Shown one piece after another: positions 36,083-49,269 of a stretch of 64,000 bases of DNA. A program made the position numbers and the translations under genes. The stretch spans positions 1,012,088-1,076,087 of the forward strand of contig RDEW01000011.1 of NCBI GenBank assembly GCA_011109175.1, in the 5' to 3' direction. Origin of the DNA: Dicyema japonicum (Eukaryota > Animalia > Dicyemida). How positions within the stretch are numbered: position 1 is the stretch's first letter; every line of letters begins with the position of its first letter. The notes below the pieces were generated by a model. The model did no database searches. It saw only the letters and a program-made list of their open reading frames with translations, and had not been told where the DNA came from.

Positions 36083-39000
36083 CTAGTCACCTCTTAACAT
36101 GTTCTTAATATTTAATACGACCAACTCCCCCTTTGAATCCAAACCCAATGTAATGCATCCTCGATCACGTAATACAACACAGCTTTGAAGGGAATAACAA
36201 AGATTATATGTGGCTAATAAAGTAAAGGTATCAATACACCACAGGAATATTATCCGTGATACTACTAACACTTTTCTAAATTTACCCAAACAGTGGATTT
36301 GAGAATTCACGTCTGCGATATATCCATTTGGATGGGTAAATCGTCTTATAGAGTGCTGAATACGTCCAAAATATAAATAAGTTGGACACAAAGCAGATAT
36401 TATTTCGCAGTTTTCGGAAATATTGGAGTTTATGACATGTTCTGAGTTGAGGATTGTCCTTATATGTTGTCCTTTATTTACATCCCATATCACAATGCAT
36501 ATTGAATTTAGTTTATCAAAGTACCCAACATTTATGAGGATTGTTCCATTACAGGAAATTGAACTATTTCTTAATGAAAGTATCGTCTTGTCGTCCACGT
36601 GAAGTTTCTAAATAATTATTCACAATACCATAAATTTGTTGTTTTCATGAGTTTTAAAAACATGTAGATAAGTGTCAAAATATGAAACAACAATTGTCTG
36701 TTCATTTTGACTCATCAAAAAAGAGTCGATTGTTTCAACGTGGTCATCCAGGGAACTAACCTGTAAAATTACTTAATATTAAGACTCTTCTTGCCAATCT
36801 TATTCTCTTAATGATGTAGCCCGTCTGCAGACTCCATATGACCAAATGATTGCGAGAATCAGAAGGACATAGTAATAAACCATCACTCAAATATCTATAC
36901 TCATTTATTGGATGGGCAGGAAGACTCATTCCACTGAGTACTCCAACATAACACATCATCTTCATCTCCTTGTTGTATTCAAGATCCTTCAAGACTATGG
37001 TCTTTCCTTTGTTGTATAAAACTTGACCATCATTTATCTCCAGTTTTTTTCTTTCACAACCTCCATCGTCTTTTAAACAGTAAGTCTTGATCGTTCCATC
37101 GTTGTCATCAACACAGGTTATTTCATTCATATGTCCGTATAAAGTTATTCCCTTTTGACGAGGGACATAGCTAAAGTCCCACTTTACGTCGTCCCCAACA
37201 TTCCAATATTCTAACAAATTTGTATCATCGGACAGTGTTATTATTTCTTTAGTATTCATACAATAAAATGAAGTAATATTTTGGAATGATTTTATTTTTT
37301 TTATTAATTTTCCATATTCACATTCCATAACGTAAATTTCGCTCATTTCGTGAATGTTCCTTGATTTGCACAGAATTCCACAACTTTTACAGTCCTCATG
37401 TCAAATTATACTATTATACCAATATTTCTTTCATTTCAATGACTTCAGCGTCTCCCAGAAACGCCGAGGACCAAAGTGAAGTTAAACTAGTGGATGAGAC
37501 CAATCCAATATAGCATGTGGAATCAGGTAACTTTTTGTATGAAAATGCCACGTTCTTCCCTGAGAAGACTAAATTGTCAAAATTCATTATTTGTGGAGCT
37601 AACTGAAATTTTATCGTCTGTGATGTCTTTATGTTAAAAATATTTATTATATTCGTATTTCTGAATCCATATATTATCTAAAGTAATACTCACATCACCT
37701 CATCTGGAGGTGTCGACGTTGGAACTAATATTTCGCTTTTCGTCAAATTTTCGTCATTTAAGTAAATTTTTCCATTGAATATTATCGAACTTTCCGATTC
37801 TATTCTCCACGTGTTCACATGATCAGAAAAATAGGATACAGCAAACATTGTCTTATTTTCGAAACAGAATGAAAAATATACTTGTTCAGTAAAATCAGTA
37901 AACTAAACATGTTTATTTATTTTACCGTTTCAAGCACATAATTGTTTGTGAGGCTGTAAAACATAATAAATCTATTTCCCGAAGCGATTACAATATTTGG
38001 AAAAATAAGTTCTATCTGCTTGATTGGTTTGTCAGAGATTTTGTTATTTTTGTTATTTTGTAATTCCATTATTATTCCAGAATCCACGTGGGTCAATAAT
38101 TGCCATTCAGTTTGACTGTTTGGAGAATCATTTGTTTTATTAGGATAATTGAAATTCAGAATTTTAATATGTTTAGCGTCCTTCGGGTTGATTCTGGTTA
38201 TTAAAGTTGAATTTGGATTGTTTAAATTTGGAAAACACCTCTGTGAGGGAAGTATGTACGTGGTACAACTTTTTTTGCATTCTATAAGCAATTGGATAAA
38301 TCCTTTATATTTTTCTTTCTCTTCTGAATTTAAACTACGAAACCAATTATCGAAATAAGACACAACTACGGAACAGAACTCATTCGGATAAAGACAGAGC
38401 ACATTGATTGATGCTCTTAATAATTTCCTGAGCATAACAATGTCATAGTCGTCGTGATTATAAATTAAATAATGATCACAATCCTTGATTACTTGTTCAA
38501 CTCCAATTATGAGCAGTCTTTTAACAAATAATTGGTAATGAAGCAAATAATGCGTTTTCATTAGCTTAAATAATCGAGTAATTTTTAAATAATCTACAAA
38601 TTTGTTTAATTGCTTAAAAAATGGTTCCTTCTCAAAATAGATTATTGCCATCTCGCTCTGGCTAGATTTATAGTCCTTCATGTTCTGTCTACTCAAATAC
38701 TCAGCCAATTTGACCCTCCAATGGTTGAAATCAAAATAATATCTATCAATCACAAATTTACGTGTTATTTCGTTTTTCCACCATATTATATTAGATTCAT
38801 CAGACACAAAAGTCACACAAAATTCACTTAAACAAGCCAAAACTCCACATAGTGTGAGATCTGGGATTCTCCCCCACTCTGAAGAAATTCCTGGATAGTT
38901 CCATAGTATGTTATTAATCATCTCTTCACTGACTCCTTCTCCAACTGTTATCAATGCACATATATGCTTAAACAATTCGAATCCAAAGTTTTTTTCTATA

Positions 39001-41158
39001 GAAGCAAAACAGGTGTTCAATTTGGAGTTATATGATGTGATTTGATCAATCTCCGGGACTATACGTTTTATCACATAGTTTTTTGTAGTACAGTGACTTT
39101 TGAGAATCGTAATGGGACCATTGTAAATGTGTTGTACAGTGTGATCTTTGTTAATCCTAAGATTGATATTGTATGCCTCAGGGACAGTCTTGCTAGTACA
39201 GAAAATATAACAATTTTCAGGGATATTGGTTGTCCACTTGGAATCTTAGTTGAAATTACAAACTACCCTCAAATAAATCAGTGTCGTCAACGAAAATAAA
39301 TATTTTCTGATTTTCAGCTTCACGTAATAACAAATTTGATATTTCATGATGATAGTTGTCGTTGATATTCAGGACAGTCTTTAGTAATTGTTGTCCAAAG
39401 ATCTCAATTATTTTTTCTAGTGATCGATCCTTCATCAAAGAAGCCGAAATGTACACTGACTTTACGTCTCTGCAATTATCAAAATATTTTACGAATAATT
39501 ATCATAGTAATAGCTCGCAATTTCACAGAGGAGAGAAGTCTTGCCAACATTGGTCTCTCCTGTTATGTAACACACGCATTTTTCAAGACTGTTAATGAAG
39601 TCTATGAGATCTATGATGTTCTCCAAATAAAATTTTGATTTTTCATTGCTTTTAGGTCACAAATTGTACCATTTATTGTAATAGCTGATTTGGTTCCAAT
39701 AATTGACATCAAAGTTTATGTTACTCCGGAGAATAGCTCTCGATTTTTTGGAGATACATTGATTTATTTTATCTATGATCATGTTGTATGATTGACGAAT
39801 TATTTTAATATTATATTTTGCGTCGTCTCTGCTGTTTGAAGGGTAGTTGTGTTTGTTTCTAGCTGGAATCTAAAAGTAACAACATAAATATACAATCCAA
39901 TGAAGATATCTGTGAAATTTGTTGTCTAACTTGTTTTCATAAAACGAGGGAATTTTGTTTTTTATTGAATCTTCATATGAAAGAGTAACGTCATTTATTT
40001 TCAAGCTTCTTTTTTCAAACATCAGTACGTCATCGTGTTTGAAAAGAAAATCCGACCACAAAATATTAAATAGTCGTTCGGTATCTTTGTTGAGTTTATA
40101 ATAATTACAATTTTCAAGATTGACTTCAGTCAGAAGGCCAATTTGTTTGTACTTTATCAACACGTTTTGTATTCTCTCAAGCTGGGACAACGCCTCATCA
40201 AATGACAAATTAGAATTCTGCATTTTAATTCTTTATAATGTTTTTATAGTTACTTAATGTTTTGGCGTACAAATGTATCGTCAACTTGAGGGAAATACCA
40301 CTCTTTCAGTAAATTTATGTCATTTTTATTACTTTCCAACTCAGACTCTTTTGCTGATAACAAATTAATATCGGTGGACATACTCTTCTCTAATGTTTTA
40401 TAGTTAAAATGTTGGACGAATAATGATTCTGGTAAAGTTTGAGGAAGTAAAATATTGTCGTAGTTGTCGTCAACAAATAACTGGAATAAAATATGTCAAT
40501 ACAATAGTAATATATTGACAATATGGATCTTTCCACGTGTTTATAAGATCAGTAATTTGAGCAAAGAAGTCATCGTCTATTAACAGAGGATTGACTCCAA
40601 CCGAAAAATCTATCATCGATACGTCAAAATCATAAAATGCAAATTTTTTTTGAAGATCCTTTATTATATTGGTCAACAATTCTTTTCTTTCCATTAAAAA
40701 ATCTATAATAAGCTTTTATAAACCTAGGGGATTCGCTATGATGATAATTCGAATTTGGGAGATGTAAAATTTTCTAATATTGAGTGAAGTTATGAATTTC
40801 TTCCAAAGAGAATTTTTCACAAGTTTTTTCTTCTTGTTTTCACATTCAAATAGAATATTCTTAACATTTTCATAATTTCCGCTCGTTTTTGTTGAATTTT
40901 CATAAAACGTGTAATTTCTGGTATGCAGAAAATTATTACCACTTTGTAATCTGTCTTTAGTATTTTTGTTCTAAATGTAAAATTGTTCCTACATCACATT
41001 CCTCCAAACAAGTCTTATCAATACAAGTGGAAGCATCCATCATTATCGGTTTTCTCCCTTTTATATAACTTTCCTGACATACATCAAATAATTACAGCAA
41101 GAGACTTTAAAATTAACTCCTTCGGTATGATTTTGGGAGACCAATTGGAGTCTGACAT
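36083..41158 (-). CDS. NWD1/NWD2-like STAND protein (DUF4062-like + NACHT + WD40), about 15 exons; start codon uncertain
   Basis: IRIIIIANPLDFLMERKEL..IDFSVGV; Walker A GETNVGKT (~39535-39560); Walker B IFIFVDD; GVSEEM..IL; C-terminal WD-like repeats (LYGHMNEITCV, LVIWSLQTG, IVIWDVNKG). About 14 GT-AG introns of 20-25 nt. Confidence 0.8.
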
Positions 41159-41322
41159 ATCCACCAAATCGACAAACAAAAACTTATAATTTATAGTTAA
41201 CTAATCAATGTGGTTTACTGGTATTGTTTGAAGTTTTACTTAACAACCAATTTCAATTATTAATTCATTGATTATTTGCACCAATATAACCCGTTGACTT
41301 AATCGATTTTACTTTTAACTCA

Positions 41323-43065
41323 TTATTATTATACCCCGGGAACACAAGAAAGAGAAAAAAGTTATCGTCTAATTAAGTGATCCCGGTGTCAATGCGTCCT
41401 TTGTTTCGACTTTGTCTGAAATTTTTTATGATCGTCCAAAAGGGGGAAGGTTTGATCTCAAATTTGTGAGCATACTTCTGGTAGGCAAGAAACTCATCTT
41501 CAAGGAGGTTACCAGAAGATCGCACCATTTTCAAGAATTTTTGTTGTTTGCACCGAGATGTTCCATAACTTTTTTGAGATCTAACGTGTTCCTCGTTTCT
41601 GACGTAGGCGTCATTCTGTCGCATTTAAGAAGGATCCGGAGGCATTGGTTTTGTATGATCTCTAATTTGTTCCGCGTGGATATTGACAAGGGTATAATCC
41701 ATGCCGTACATGCATGTTCCAGTGTCGGAAGAATACACTGTTTGTATAATAATTTAAGATGAGAAAGTGAAGATATTGGCGATCTAGCAAAGGTCTTGAG
41801 GATCCCCATCTTTTTTTGAACTCTTGAAATTATTGTGTCCACATGACGTGTGAGCGTCATCAACGGGTCATATGTAACTCCAAGGATTTGATGGGTTCTT
41901 ATTAACTGAGATAAGCTCTCCATTCCAAGTTAATTTAGGATCGAAGGATGTATGTTTTCTGTAGGAGGAGATAATCGCAGTGCTTGACTTCCCAGGGGAT
42001 ATTTTCATGTGGTTTTTGAGGAATTATGGGTTCATAATGACGAAGGTCTCCTGAACCCTTCGTGCAGCTTCTTTATGGTCTTGGTGTCTTGCTGCGACAA
42101 TGAGATCATCGGCATAAGACAGAAGGATGGTATTTTGGATGATTGGATTTGGAAGGTCTCTTGTAAATAAATTGAACAAGGTTGGTGATAAAGGGGATTT
42201 TTGATGGACCCCGTTGGGGAGGTATCGTTGTCTTGATTTTCTATTATTCATTACAACTTGGCCTCTTCTACAATTAATGAAATTGGCCAGGCACATCTGG
42301 AATTTTGGATGGATATTAGGTGTCAAAAATTTTTGTTGTTAGAGTGTTCCTCGGTACCGAATCAAGCGCATTGTGTAGTTTTTAGTAATTCAGTCTATCC
42401 GAGATGAACTGAGTTAGTTTTGTTAGATGTGTTGAAGTTGAGTATCCCGATCTGAAGCCATGTTGGAAACTTGCAAGATCAAGCGAATGAGTAATCTTGT
42501 GGAAGATTAATTTTTCCAATGTTCTTTAAAGGCCACAAAGAATCGATATTGGACGATAACTCCGGGGTCGTCTAAGGCTTTGTTCTTTTCAGGTATTGGA
42601 TGTATAAGTGATTTTTTCCATAATGAGAAAATCTCATTTCTATTCACTGAGTAATTGAAAATCTCAGTAAGGGCATCGATTGTGTTTCAATTCAGTTATT
42701 GAAATGTCATCTGCCCCTTTGGATTTTGTATTTTTCATGTGTTTAATTGCATGAAATACCTCTAGTGGTATGAAATATTCGATGTATGGATATTTTTTCT
42801 TCTTGTGTTTCGGTTGATGATCCAGTTTCAAATATGGTTTGTGGCTTAAACTGACATAAAATTTCATAAGTGTGTCAGGATTAATTCCTGGTGTATGTTT
42901 TATGGGAATCTTTTTAAGTTTCCGTAGTGTTCTCCATTAGGATGATGTCTTTGTGCGTCTGTTTACTGACATCAAAGCAGCCTCTCATTTTTTTGTTTTA
43001 TTTCTGATCCTTTTAGTAATTTCCTTATTTAGATCTGTAATTTCAGTATTCAAGGATGTTGTTTT
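41323..43065 (-). mobile_element. 5'-truncated APE-RT LINE, decayed
   Basis: SKGADDI, QHGF, SPLSPTLF, YADD, ILGVTYD; ends TGIT* followed by (TAA)n. Confidence 0.85.
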
Positions 43066-43069
43066 ATCT

Positions 43070-43880
43070 ATATTATTATTATTATTATAAGCAACTACAT
43101 AGAATCATATAAACTATAATTCTATTCGTGCCGCGTCTGAACAATCCTCTTAATTAGCCTTTCCCATCCCCTCCTGTCCGATGCCAACTGCCTCAGACTA
43201 CTAAGGTCTTCACCGTCCTTTAGTAGTCTGGTTACTGATCTCAGGTCACCATTAAGGACTTCCGGAAGAGTTATTCTTGGACGACCTCTGAACTTCTCCC
43301 CTGACGTATCGAAGTATTCTTCCATGACGACGTTTGCTGGCGTGTCTNNNNNNNNNNNNNNNNNNNNNNNNNNNNNNNNNNNACAATCCTCTTAATTAGC
43401 CTTTCCCATCCCCTCCTGTCCGATGCCAACTGCCTCAGACTACTAAGGTCTTCACCGTCCTTTAGTAGTCTGGTTACTGATCTCAGGTCACCATTAAGGA
43501 CTTCCGGAAGAGTTATTCTTGGACGACCTCTGAACTTCTCCCCTGACGTATCGAAGTATTCTTCCATGACGACGTTTGCTGGCGTGTCTTGTTCCAATCT
43601 GAGAATATGGCCAAACAATCTCCAGCGAGCCTTCATGATCATGGTGCTCAGAGGTCCGGAACCGCATCTTCTATATAAATTTTCACTCCCTACACGCATT
43701 GGCCACTTTAGTCCCAAGAGAGACCGAAGTTGCCTTCTGTGAAAGGAGTCAAGGTTTTGTTTGTCCGTTTTCGAAATTCCCCATGTCCCAGAGTTGTATG
43801 TTAGTATGGGCCTCACGAACGCCTCATACAACCTGAGTCGGAGTGATGGCCCGATACAACCTGAGTCGGAGTGATGGCCT
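43070..43880 (-). mobile_element. 5'-truncated RTE LINE (3' end doubled across an N gap)
   Basis: YEAFVRPILTYN..LDSFHRRQLR..RWRLFGHILR..RGRPRITLP; (TAA)n tail. Confidence 0.85.
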
Positions 43881-44529
43881 GTTTTATCTATAGATTTCTT
43901 TAATTCATTTCTTCTTGCAATAAAGACCTCGTTTCTGTGCCGAATTTATCTGAAAAGTCTTAAACTTTTTTCGGGCTTGCAAAATTTTTTTATTAATAAA
44001 TCCAACGGCCTATCGAGGAAAAGTTACATTTTATTATTTTAAGTTAGAGATTTTACAATTTTAAATGCTAGATTTTATCATTTAACTACTAATTTTTTTA
44101 ATTATAATTGCTAGATTTTGTGAATTTTTATGCTAAAAAATTTTTTTAAGTGCTAGAAACGACTTGCCTATTTATGAGGTTTAAAGAGATTTTACAATTT
44201 TAAATGCTAGATTTTATCATTTAACTACTAATTTTTTTAATTATAATTGCTAGATTTTGTGAATTTTTATGCTAAAAAATTTTTTTAAGTGCTAGAAACG
44301 ACTTGCCTATTTATGAGGTTTAAATCTTATTTTTATCATAACTAAGTCTAACCAACGTAAATACCCATTAAAACTTTTTATAATCTCAAATTTTTATTTC
44401 TTCAGATAATTCTTACATTCTTATAAAGACGAGGAAGAACCGTAATAATATGTTAGAAATTCTATATGAACATATTGTCACTAACATAAATATGTTAAAG
44501 TCCAAATTGATCTTTGTATAATCCTAGAT

Positions 44530-44726
44530 AATATTATTATTACCCCCGGGATCACTGGGTCAAAAAGAAAGAAATAAAGGTTCTCAACTAAGTGATCCCA
44601 GGCCGACAAGAGAGAAGACGAATCGAGAATCCTGTGAACACGTTTTCATATCCACACGGGTGGACCAACAAGGAGAACCTATGTCGTTGTGGAGACGTTG
44701 AGGTAAATCCTGGATTAGCAAGAATA
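44530..44726. mobile_element. Mini LINE insertion: 3' terminus (minus) joined to inverted 5' 2A segment (plus)
   Basis: 44530-~44630 matches the 17338-17430 tail; 44635-44726 encodes NTFSYPHGWTNKENLCRCGDVEVNPGLARI. ATAATCCTAGAT at 44518-44529 and 46198-46209. Confidence 0.8.
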
Positions 44727-46188
44727 GTTAGTTAATATCAATTGCGCGTTGCCATAAGCACGTAAATTGCCTAGGGTTTCTCTCGTGCCTACACTCGACT
44801 ATCCTCCCAGTCAGCCCTCCCCATCTAGCTCTGTTCCTCGCGCGTTTACAAATATCTTCAAGATCTTGTCCAGTTTTGAGTTGACCGCCGATTCGTGCGT
44901 AATCGTTATTCAGGCAGAAGAAAATCGTACATCTTGCCCGACCGTTGAAATCCAACTCCGTGATTTGAATAGTAATCTTCCATGATTTGATTGCAAGAAA
45001 TCACTTCGTTCATTCTCAGAACATGTCCGAAAAGTCGCCAGCGTGAGGTAATTACTTCTCTGCTAATCGGTTTGCATTTACACAATCTGTAGAGAGTGTC
45101 GTTTTTGATAATCTGTGGCCAGTTGATTCCCGCAATTTTTTTAAATTGATTTCTATGAAATGTGTCTAGTCTGTCAAGACTGTTCCCGAATTATATAATA
45201 GGACTGATTGTATGAACGCGTTATTTAAGCGCATCCGAAGATTTAAGGAGAAAAGTTTTCTGCGAGTCCAAATACTCCACATCTTTTTCAGTGCACACGA
45301 TGCCAACATCATTCTGCGAGCAATGTCCTCAGCATCACCCAAAAACGAGCCGAGCCTTTTAGTAAACTTTCATTTCTCATCAATCCGTGTTGGTAACCGC
45401 TGAATCGAAGTTAACTCAGTTTTTCTGAATTGATCTTCAAAGACCATTACTCCAGAACTGTTGTGGTCTTATCTACTACAGTTCTTAGTACCTCCACATT
45501 CTCAGACACAAAATCGATGTCATCAGCATATATTAATTTCACAAAATGATTATTTTTGTTACCAAATTCTTTTATAAGGTCCCTCAACGCAGCTTCCAAA
45601 TAAATAGCAAAGAGAACTGGCGAAAGCGAGTCCCCTTGCGGAGTACCAATCCCGGTCGTGATTTTTTAGAATAGCCCTTCTCTACTTTCACTATGAGGCT
45701 CGTGTTAGCCAGCAAAAAACGCACAATCCTCAAACAGTCCTTGTCAATTATGTCCTTGAGAACTTGCAATAGTTTTTCTCGGCAGACGCACTCGAATGCT
45801 TTCGATAAGTCGACTCCCAGAATATACATTGTTTTTCTGTACTTCTGACATATTGCCGTAAGCCACCGATAACTCTATACTATATCAGCGGTTGATATTC
45901 CTGGTATGAATCTGCTTTGACTTGGTGACAAGTATTGGTAAACTGAATTTGATATTCGATTCAATGTTGTATTCGACAAAGTTTTGTCGCAAAGTGGTCA
46001 AAATCACGATCGGTCTGAGATTTTCAATTGGACCTTCAGGTTTGCCAGGTTTTTGTAAAGGAAGTAGAACTCTCATCGCGATGTCAATTGAACAATGAGT
46101 CCTGAATATTTCGTTGAATATAAAAGTTATTTTTTCTGCTAGATGGGTTGGTGCATATTTTAACAACTCCCACATTTGTGGGGAGTTG
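44727..46188 (-). mobile_element. 5'-truncated RTE LINE, decayed
   Basis: LQKPGKP..LRPI, DLSKAFE, GTPQGDSLSPVLF, YADD, RWRLFGHVLR; flanked by TTAGC(A/C)AGAATA at 44715-44726 and 46189-46200. Confidence 0.85.
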
Positions 46189-46209
46189 TTAGCCAGAATA
46201 ATCCTAGAT

Positions 46210-46665
46210 TTATTTTATTTATTTAACACCCAAGACCACGGTAAAACCAAACTAACTATCACGTGATCCCGATGCGTTCCACCAAAATCCTCATCCTTTC
46301 TCGGTGCTCCTTCCTCGTGCCCACACAAGCTCGTACTGAGCGGCTGACTGTATTTGCAGAGCCATCTTCTCACATGCCGGAGTTTAGATTCATGAGGACC
46401 TCCAGAGTAGTCGGTCCGGTTCTGTGTCTCCCACAAGTCCACCGCTCCGTGACTCTGAAAGCCTTCATTGTACGTCCTCGATTTTCTTAGTATTCGTCCA
46501 TGATAATGAAGGTCCCCACGAAGCACACGCGTACGAGAACCATGGTTCAATGTATTGTTTGTAGATATTCATAGAGACCGGGTGGGTACCGGTCTTCCAT
46601 ATTCCAGATAAACATTTCAATACATTGATTTTTTTTCGCACTTCAGAACAATGTTTGCCACGTGT
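46210..46665 (-). mobile_element. APE-LINE 3' fragment
   Basis: KINVLKCL..YKQYIEP..YAC.SW; ends GIT* with TAAA tail; related to 15347-15670. Confidence 0.8.
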
Positions 46666-46883
46666 GGTGACAAACATATGTGCGCATCCAGTAGATAAAT
46701 TAATATAAATGACCAAACAATGAGACTGTTAAACAAATATAATAATTATTAATATAAATATGTAAATTTATAATTTTTACATCGGCTAACCTAACACGAA
46801 TAACCGGTAATCTCATATGAGTTGTAGTTGTGCTGTTTGAGTTGTTGGAGTTTCTGTTTGCTGTTTGCTGTTATAATTGTTAG

Positions 46884-47369
46884 ATGCAAGATAATAAGAA
46901 TACTAAATTCGACATAATTTACAAAGAACCCAACAGTTGTCCACCAAAGCTTACTTCGTCTGAATATCCAACATCCCCCATGCTTAACGCGAATGAAAGA
47001 TGCGAGGCTGCCGAAAGAAGGAGACAAGTAATAGTTAGTCAAATTGATAGAACTTTTACAAACGAATATCAACAGAGATTTGTCACCGTAGAATTAACAA
47101 GAATGATGATGTCAAATGGAGGAAAAGATACCTAGAAAATGACTTTATAAATCGTTCCCTCTCAGCCTTAACAGAGTCTCAGTCACGAGCGGAGTCTCTC
47201 CATGAGGAACAACTAAGCAACATTAAGTCTAAGGCTGCCTTGGCATCGTGTAGTCCATCTTTAAGATATATTATTAGGAATGACAGGATAATGGACGAGT
47301 AAGTGTTGTTTCTAATGTAGATCTGTTGCTGAAGAATTTGACGTAAATAAGGAAAATGAGACTCAATGA
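46884..47369 (+). CDS. Stathmin-like coiled-coil protein; 5' exon(s) uncertain
   Basis: KFDIIYKEP..PP....SP..ERCEAAERRRQ resembles stathmin FELIL..SP..KLEAAEERRK. Introns GTAATAGTTAGTCAAATTGATAG (23 nt) and GTAAGTGTTGTTTCTAATGTAG (22 nt) keep an open helical frame. Confidence 0.6.
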
Positions 47370-47439
47370 TTAGCTAGGATTACTTTATTTGTTAGGCTTT
47401 ATTTTGTTTGGCATGTCTGTGTCTATTATTATTAAATCA

Positions 47440-47720
47440 ACATACGAACTATAATAGTTATAGTTTCATCCATGCGGCGTTAGAAACTACCAAACTAGAT
47501 AAGCGATTCCACCTACCGTGGTCATGCAGAACATCTCCCAAGCCGTTCAGATGTTAGCCGCTTTTCATTACCCTTTGGCGTGAATGACATCAGCATCAAG
47601 TATCCCAAGGACTGTGGTTAATGGGTGTCAACAGAAATGTGATTTAGCTTCAACGAAGTACTCCTCTTCGCTATATTGGCTGGAGTATTTATCTTCAATC
47701 TTTGTATATGTTTGAAGATT
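47440..47720 (-). mobile_element. Old RTE 3' fragment
   Basis: NTPANIA..EYF..TT..ILDAD motif shared with the other RTE C-termini. Confidence 0.55.
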
Positions 47721-48129
47721 TTCCATTACAAATCCTATATTGTCTGTATGTCATCAATTTAATCTATTATATTGATTCTACTCCAGCAGACTAATTTATG
47801 AAATATAATCTTAATATATTTGCTAAAAATCGTAGACAAAACAAAATGTGGCTTTATAGCATACTAGAACAAGCATGTCAAACACGCCGCCCACACTAAG
47901 TATTGTGGCGGACCGTGTCATTAAAATGAGGCCACCAGAGAAAACCAGTAGATTTCTGTCAATGGCGTCAAATAGATAGGCAGTGGTTATGAGGAACCTC
48001 ACGAGGGTGATCCCATTGTCTATAGTAGGTATAGACTCTATACCAGAGGTTGTCAAACGGTGCGCCGCGGCACACTAAGTGTCATTTGGATTTATATGCA
48101 AAGATAAAAATAAACTACCTCAATGTCTA

Positions 48130-49228
48130 ATTTGCATGGAAGAATCTCCTATCTACTAAGGACAGCTCCATATTATTCTCAACAGGAGCTGCTCGAGAAT
48201 TTTGATTTGTCTCTCCTCAGCTCGACGGAGCAAATATTTAATGTCTGATTCGACGATGATACATGGATGCAGGCTACACTCCCAGTTAGATTCGGGGGTC
48301 TTGGAATCCGTCGAACTTTGGACATCTCACTTCCCGATCATTTATCATCACTCACGGCTTGCGAACCTTTGGTCAGGAGGATTCTACACTCCCCACCCGA
48401 ATTCTCAACTGACCAAGAGATAATTCACGCACGAGAAGCCTGGAATGCCACCAACCTACCCCTGCCTCCTTCCCAAGATCGCCAGCGAAACCGGGACAAC
48501 TTATTATGCTGGAAATCATTTGGACTCCTACTAGAATCTGCCAATCAGCACCGACGCGCTTGTTTGCTTTCGGGGGCTTCCCCATAGAGCGGAGCTTGGC
48601 TAAACGCCATCCCCAATGGAGCTTTGGGCACTTTTCTGGATGATGAATGCGTTAGAACTGGTATCTCTCTGCGACTGGGACTAAAAGTATGTATACCTCA
48701 CCCGTGCCGATGTGGCATCCTGATAGACTGCTATGGCCTGCATCCTCTCGCCTGCAGGAGGAGCGCTGGCAGATCCCCAAGGCACAAGGCTCGAATGAAA
48801 TTGTCAGGCAAGCTATGGATGCTGCTGGATACTCGGCCATTCTTGAACCGGTCGGGTTATGCAGAAGTGAGGCGGAGAAGGCCAAACTCGTTAAATACGT
48901 CGACCATCCCGATGATGTCAAATTTGTTCCCCTTGCTATGGAGACTTCCGGATCCTACTCCCCCTCTACACTCGAGTTTTTCGGACGTCTTGGAAACCGG
49001 ATCACCTCATGCACTGGAGATCTCCGTGAACGCCGCTGGCTATTTGAGCGAATTTCGCTCGCAATTTTGAGAGGGAACAGCCCCTCTACACTCGAGTTTT
49101 TCGGACGTCTTGGAAACCGGATCACCTCATGCACTGGAGATCTCCGTGAACGCCGCTGGCTATTTGAGCGAATTTCGCTCGCAATTTTGAGAGGGAACAG
49201 CCACGCGGTGAGGGCGGCAACTACCTGA
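48130..49228 (+). mobile_element. CRE-clade 3' half, same family as 1-2416
   Basis: QATLPVRFGGLG, GAWLNAIP..FLDDE, CRCG..H...C, FVPLAMETSG; exact 120-bp internal duplication at 48961-49200. Confidence 0.9.
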
Positions 49229-49269
49229 CTTCTATTGTTTAAATTTAAATTAAATTGTATAATGGAAGC

